Below, in pieces: positions 57,313 to 64,000 of a DNA stretch of 64,000 nucleotides. Every line of letters starts with the position of its first letter. Position 1 is the first letter of the stretch. Made by a program: the position numbers and the translations under genes. Source of the DNA: Minisyncoccota bacterium (GTDB lineage Bacteria; Patescibacteriota; Minisyncoccia; Phycocordibacterales; UBA1006); contig DASWYC010000002.1 in the NCBI GenBank assembly GCA_036405175.1, positions 603,373 to 667,372 on the forward strand, given 5' to 3'. The notes under the pieces are model-generated. The model was not told the DNA's origin. It saw nothing but the letters and a program-made list of their open reading frames with translations, and ran no database searches.

Positions 57313-58110
57313 ATGAATAAGACCGAAACCTACAAACAGTTCCTTATGGTTGCAGGAGGGGTATTCCTTTCAATCGCAACAATTATTATCATTATCGCCG
57401 GAACCGCATTTGCGCGTAGCGCAAGTAATGCGCAGGGTAATAATACTATTACCGTAACCGGAACCGCAGAAGTAAACACTAAACCAGATATTGCTGTAAT
57501 TTCATATACTCTTCGTGGAGAAGGGGCAACCGCAGCAGTGGCTGAAAATCAAATCAAGGCAGATATTGAAGCGCTCACTAAACAGCTTAAAGATGCTGGT
57601 ATTAAAGACGCAGATATTAAGACCGAATCACACTCAGTAAATCCTAAATATGTATATACTCAAGGAATCTGTACCAAATACGGATGTCCTTCAGGGGAAA
57701 GCAAAATTACCGGATACGAGGTATATCACACTGAATCTATCAAAGTACGTGACCTTGATAAGGCTTCAGAATACTACGGAATTGTAACTGCTAAGAAAGT
57801 GTACTCAGTACAAGGACCAGATCTTCGCATTGAAGATCCTATCAAGCAAAAGACTGAAGCTCGCGAGCAAGCAATTGCTAAGGCACGTGAAAGTGCAAAG
57901 AAGCTTGCTAAGTCACTTGATGTTCGCCTTGGAAAGATCGTTTCATTCTATGAAAACGAGAACGGCGGATACCCTGTGCCAATGTACGCAAAGGCTGAAG
58001 TTATGAATCAGGCGTATGACGCAGCCGGCGCAACCCGTGTTGCAGCTCCTATCAATCCAGGATCAGAAACTACTACTTCAAACGTAACCATTGTGTTCCG
58101 TATCAAGTAA
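57313..58110 (+). CDS. SIMPL (DUF541) domain protein
   Basis: TITVTGTAEV..KPDIA, AREQAIAKARE.A..LA..L.V.LG.I, PINPG. Confidence 0.93.
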   Translation: MNKTETYKQFLMVAGGVFLSIATIIIIIAGTAFARSASNAQGNNTITVTGTAEVNTKPDIAVISYTLRGEGATAAVAENQIKADIEALTKQLKDAGIKDADIKTESHSVNPKYVYTQGICTKYGCPSGESKITGYEVYHTESIKVRDLDKASEYYGIVTAKKVYSVQGPDLRIEDPIKQKTEAREQAIAKARESAKKLAKSLDVRLGKIVSFYENENGGYPVPMYAKAEVMNQAYDAAGATRVAAPINPGSETTTSNVTIVFRIK

Positions 58111-58186
58111 CCCTCTTCGAAAAACACCGCTCACAAGGCGGTGTTTTCTTATGGACACTATCAAAATGTGATATACTCATGCGTAT

Positions 58187-58867
58187 ATGAAGACAAAGAT
58201 TATTTTACTCATCGTTGCCGTGATTGTTGTGGGGGGTGTATTGCTCGCACTTCGTCGTGACAAACCAAGTATGGGGGTAGAAACCGTGTCGCCTGAAGAC
58301 ATGACAACATCAACCTCTACACAGCCTGCATCTATTGAAGATGGAAATTACAAAATCACCGACGATCAAACGATTGGTTGGAATGCTAAGAAGCGCGTTG
58401 GTGGTGGACACAATGGAACCATTGATGTCACTAAAGGAGAATTTACTGTAAAAGATAACTCAATTACGAAAGGCTCAATCGATTTCTCACTTGCAAGTTT
58501 GGTAGATCTTGATCTTGAAGACGGAAAAGCCAAGACTCAGCTTGAGAGTGATCTTAAGGGGGAAGGATTCTTTAATACTGAAAAATATCCAAACGGAAGC
58601 TTTTCAGTAACCAAGGCATCTCCAATTGTTGCCGGAAGCGCAACGCTTACCGGAAATCTTACGCTTAAGGGAAAGACCTCAGAGGTAAGCTTCCCGGTTA
58701 TGGTTCAGGCAGATAAGGACATGATCACTCTTACTGGAACTATGACCTTTAACCGCACTAAATTTGGTATTAACTACGCTTCGGCGTCTATTCCTGGGGC
58801 GGTAAAAGACGTAATTATCGAAGATGAAGTGGGGGTAACTATTGCAAGTACCTTTAAGAAGAAATAG
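58187..58867 (+). CDS. YceI family protein
   Basis: GGHNG, LKGEGFFNTEKYP, GNLTLKGKT..VSFP, NRTKFGI. Confidence 0.92.
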   Translation: MKTKIILLIVAVIVVGGVLLALRRDKPSMGVETVSPEDMTTSTSTQPASIEDGNYKITDDQTIGWNAKKRVGGGHNGTIDVTKGEFTVKDNSITKGSIDFSLASLVDLDLEDGKAKTQLESDLKGEGFFNTEKYPNGSFSVTKASPIVAGSATLTGNLTLKGKTSEVSFPVMVQADKDMITLTGTMTFNRTKFGINYASASIPGAVKDVIIEDEVGVTIASTFKKK

Positions 58868-59038
58868 GCTTGACAAATAAGGGAGATTGTTGATTTATTT
58901 GACTTTTACCCTCAAATATGCTATGCTGGAGACGTACTTGAGGAGTAATTCTGAAGTGCGTTTTTTGTAAAATCGTACGATTATATAAGGAACTTTCTAC
59001 CATCACGGATAGTTACGAGGAAGCTCAGATCCTCAAAT

Positions 59039-59626
59039 ATGGAACTTTTAAAAAATAGAGCTCGTCGTTTTGCAGTGGTGATGCTGAATCTTTCTGGAGT
59101 CATGTCTATGGGCCTTCTTCCAGTCTCAGTAAGCGCACAAGTGTTGCAAGCGACTATGGTTGGTGGTGAAGTTGTAGAGTCGGCATTAGGAACCAAGTCT
59201 TCTGAGACTGAAGAGCCTAAAGTTGACCCTCGTGTAGAGAAAATCCGAGCTTTCTTTGAAGCTCGTTCATTGCCTGCAGCAGAGTATGCGGAGGAATTCG
59301 TACACTATGCTGACATGTATGATCTTGACTGGCGGTTGGTACCGTCGATCGCAATGCTTGAGTCTACCGGATTTAAGCACTCATGTAAGAGAGTAACCTA
59401 CAGTGGATTAGGATGGGGTTCTTGTAAAATCAATTTCGATTCATTCGAACATGGAATTGATGTTGTTACAAAAAACCTCGCCGGAAAAAATCCGCGTACG
59501 GAATCTTACTATGCTAACAAGTCAGTTACCGAAATTCTCAACACCTATAACCCACCAAGTATTCGACCGGACTACGTTACGATTGTAACTCGCACCATGC
59601 GGAATATTGAAAATCAACCAGTATAA
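59039..59626 (+). CDS. Secreted lysozyme-fold (glucosaminidase-like) protein
   Basis: Signal peptide; YDLDWRLVPSIAMLEST, GWG, FDSFEHGI, YNPPS. Confidence 0.75.
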   Translation: MELLKNRARRFAVVMLNLSGVMSMGLLPVSVSAQVLQATMVGGEVVESALGTKSSETEEPKVDPRVEKIRAFFEARSLPAAEYAEEFVHYADMYDLDWRLVPSIAMLESTGFKHSCKRVTYSGLGWGSCKINFDSFEHGIDVVTKNLAGKNPRTESYYANKSVTEILNTYNPPSIRPDYVTIVTRTMRNIENQPV

Positions 59627-59759
59627 GCTTTCTCTCAACATAGACAATATTGTTAAAAGCAAAAGCACTACCTCTTAGTCCAGGTGGTGTTTTTGTTTGC
59701 CTAAAAACTGAACAGGTTATGTTTTGCATTTTAGTTTCTATTGGTATACTAGGAATGTT

Positions 59760-60455
59760 ATGTCATCAAACAACGTAGGAATTGCACTCATTGTAATTGT
59801 GGCGTTAGCGATTGCTGGCCTTGTATTTACTCATAACAAAAAAACAGCAACGACTACTACCACTCAAACAACTACCACAACAGAAACTCAAACTGATGCA
59901 TTTAGCACAACACAACAAACATCAGATACTACTACTAATACCACTACACCAACAACACCTATGACTACACCTCAAGTAACTAAAGCCGTGTTTACCACTA
60001 ATCTTGGCGCATTCACCGTTGAGCTTTATGGAGCACAAACCCCTAAGACGGTAGAAAACTTTGCCAAGCTTGTTACCAGTGGATTTTATACCGATACTAA
60101 ATTCCATCGTGTTATCAAAGGATTCATGATCCAGGGAGGAGATCCACTTTCTAAGGATGATTCTCAGAAGCAATTGTGGGGAACGGGAGGACCTGGATAC
60201 AAGTTTGAAGATGAATTTGTTAAGGAGCTTTCAAACGTTAAAGGAACACTTTCAATGGCAAATGCCGGACCTGGAACCAACGGAAGTCAGTTCTTTGTTA
60301 ACACTGCAGACAATACCTTCCTTGATGGAAAGCACACTGTGTTTGGAAAAGTTCTTGAAGGAATGGATGTGATTGAGAAAATCTCAAACACTAAGACCGA
60401 TTCGACCGATAAGCCTGTGACAGCTGTAGTTATTAAATCAATTGAGGTTCTTTAA
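59760..60455 (+). CDS. Membrane-anchored cyclophilin-type peptidyl-prolyl isomerase
   Basis: TPKTVENF, FHRVIKGFMIQGGDP, SMANAGPGTNGSQFF, LDGKHTVFG. Confidence 0.96.
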   Translation: MSSNNVGIALIVIVALAIAGLVFTHNKKTATTTTTQTTTTTETQTDAFSTTQQTSDTTTNTTTPTTPMTTPQVTKAVFTTNLGAFTVELYGAQTPKTVENFAKLVTSGFYTDTKFHRVIKGFMIQGGDPLSKDDSQKQLWGTGGPGYKFEDEFVKELSNVKGTLSMANAGPGTNGSQFFVNTADNTFLDGKHTVFGKVLEGMDVIEKISNTKTDSTDKPVTAVVIKSIEVL

Positions 60456-60566
60456 TTCAAAATTTAAGACTACTAAAAACTCCCGGGAGGGAGTTTTGAT
60501 TTATTAGCAAGAGTGGTGTAGGATTGGGATAAGTAAATATTTATACAAACCTAAAAAACTTGATAC

Positions 60567-61214
60567 ATGGAATACGAAAAAATCTTTCAAATGATTAAGC
60601 TCTCCCTTGGTGACGAGCGGATATATCAAAAAGTTCAAAAACAGCTCGCTAAACTTATTGGGTCGTATGAAGAGACAATAATGTATGAGATGGCAGGTTT
60701 TGCTATGGTCTTTATTCAGGAGCAGAGTACTGAGAAGGCGTTTAGAAAAGAACTTGTTATTGAAGTTGAAGACTGGATGGCAAATAAAACAATCGAGGAT
60801 TCATCCTTTACTGGCTATCTTAATAGCGATGAATTTGCTGAGGCTCTTTATGGAGATATTGAGCAGAAGATTGTGGGTATTGAAAACGAATTTGCTGAAA
60901 TCAAAGAAGCTCTTAAAGATGAAGATGTTACTTCAAGAGTAGGCAATGCGCTTTCGAAGTTATTCCTGAAGCATGGTATGTATGAATCAACCCTAAAAGA
61001 TCTTTTCCTGGAGCAATTTCAGAACTCTTTTTCATGGACTGGATTCAAGGCTTCCTTTATCGAACTTATAGAAAACGGTGGGCTTGATACCAAAAAACGA
61101 GTTCTCGAAAAAATTAAAGAAGGGCTTGGTGATGACGGTGAATTCTTTGCCGTATCGTATGGAGTAATTGAGGAAGAGATGTCTTATCCAAGATTAACCT
61201 TGCAAGAAGCATGA
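60567..61214 (+). CDS. Hypothetical acidic helical protein (orphan unit)
   Basis: 215 aa; TTGATT-17-TAGGAT promoter; A/T-rich leader containing AAACCTAAAA. Confidence 0.7.
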   Translation: MEYEKIFQMIKLSLGDERIYQKVQKQLAKLIGSYEETIMYEMAGFAMVFIQEQSTEKAFRKELVIEVEDWMANKTIEDSSFTGYLNSDEFAEALYGDIEQKIVGIENEFAEIKEALKDEDVTSRVGNALSKLFLKHGMYESTLKDLFLEQFQNSFSWTGFKASFIELIENGGLDTKKRVLEKIKEGLGDDGEFFAVSYGVIEEEMSYPRLTLQEA

Positions 61215-61250
61215 TGCAGCGTGGGTCCTATCTAATTTAATATTGGATAG

Positions 61251-63583
<2,333 letters not shown>

Positions 63584-63675
63584 TAAACAAGAATTTAAAT
63601 GGTTCAAATAATTTATACTACTAAAAAAGTACAAGTCAAGAATCTGTTTATAAAACTTTGTTATGATAAAAGCCT

Positions 63676-63900
63676 ATGTTCTGGCCACAAACATTTTTTG
63701 AATGGATCGTTGTTGCCGCGATCGTGTTTTTTCTCATTCAAGCTTTTCGTATATTTAAAAAAGATCATGAAGAGGAAGACATTTTTGAGCCGTTATGGCA
63801 TGTGAATAAACGAGCTCAAGAGGAAATAAAAAACTCGCCAAATCTTTTGCAGAAAATTATCCGCAGCTGGATTCAGGGGAAAGATAGAAAAAAGAGATAA
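63676..63900 (+). CDS. Small single-TM hypothetical protein
   Basis: 74 aa with N-terminal TM; TATGAT 8 nt before the ATG. Confidence 0.5.
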   Translation: MFWPQTFFEWIVVAAIVFFLIQAFRIFKKDHEEEDIFEPLWHVNKRAQEEIKNSPNLLQKIIRSWIQGKDRKKR

Positions 63901-63942
63901 AGTGTGATACTCTTTGGAAGTTATTGTTAAATAAAAACGCGT

Positions 63943-64000
63943 ATGTCAGTAGAAGAAAAGTTGATTGTAGTTCATGAAGAAGACGGTGAACCAACCGGTG
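63943..64000 (+). CDS. Start of a gene truncated by the window edge (possibly NUDIX/IDI-like)
   Basis: MSVEEKLIVVHEEDGEPTG resembles the N-termini of IDI/NUDIX proteins; only 19 codons are visible. Confidence 0.35.
   Translation, partial: MSVEEKLIVVHEEDGEPTG

Noticed and set aside
59845-59970. ACT/ACA-rich low-complexity run
   Set aside because: It encodes the Thr-rich linker of the cyclophilin and is not an independent repeat element.

Overview
This looks like a chromosomal segment of a Patescibacteria (CPR, probably Parcubacteria) genome using the standard genetic code. That assignment is inferred from the gene set and architecture: virB4/prgI/virD4-like genes scattered among housekeeping genes, a short AspRS, an archaeal-type ProRS, and many one-gene transcription units. 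Core genes include tsaE, polA, a holA-like gene, a trmH-family gene, ruvA, rpsT, radC, rarA, a heterodimeric ABC exporter, aspS, ruvX, an rluA-family gene, rplS, msrA, proS, fur, an MFS transporter, rpmB, a cyclophilin and ligA, plus 8 tRNAs. I saw no CRISPR array, integrase, transposase or rRNA. Five observations stand out. (1) A three-copy, about 110-135 bp intergenic element has a conserved core and covarying nested stems. (2) Two expression grammars coexist: most core genes look leaderless (-10 box, 6 nt, ATG), while about 12 orphan genes are self-contained units with near-consensus sigma70 promoters, SD-less A/T-rich leaders and, in some cases, Bacteroidota-style export signals. (3) A T-box riboswitch with an ultra-short Stem I carries an Asp (GAC) specifier in front of aspS. 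(4) A large surface protein has a four-fold repeated, probably unnamed domain. (5) There is a tRNA-Arg(GCG), a decayed tRNA-Arg duplicate, several unannotated small peptides and sRNA-like units, and an ADP-ribosyltransferase-like candidate effector. All calls come from reading the sequence by eye; no database searches were run.
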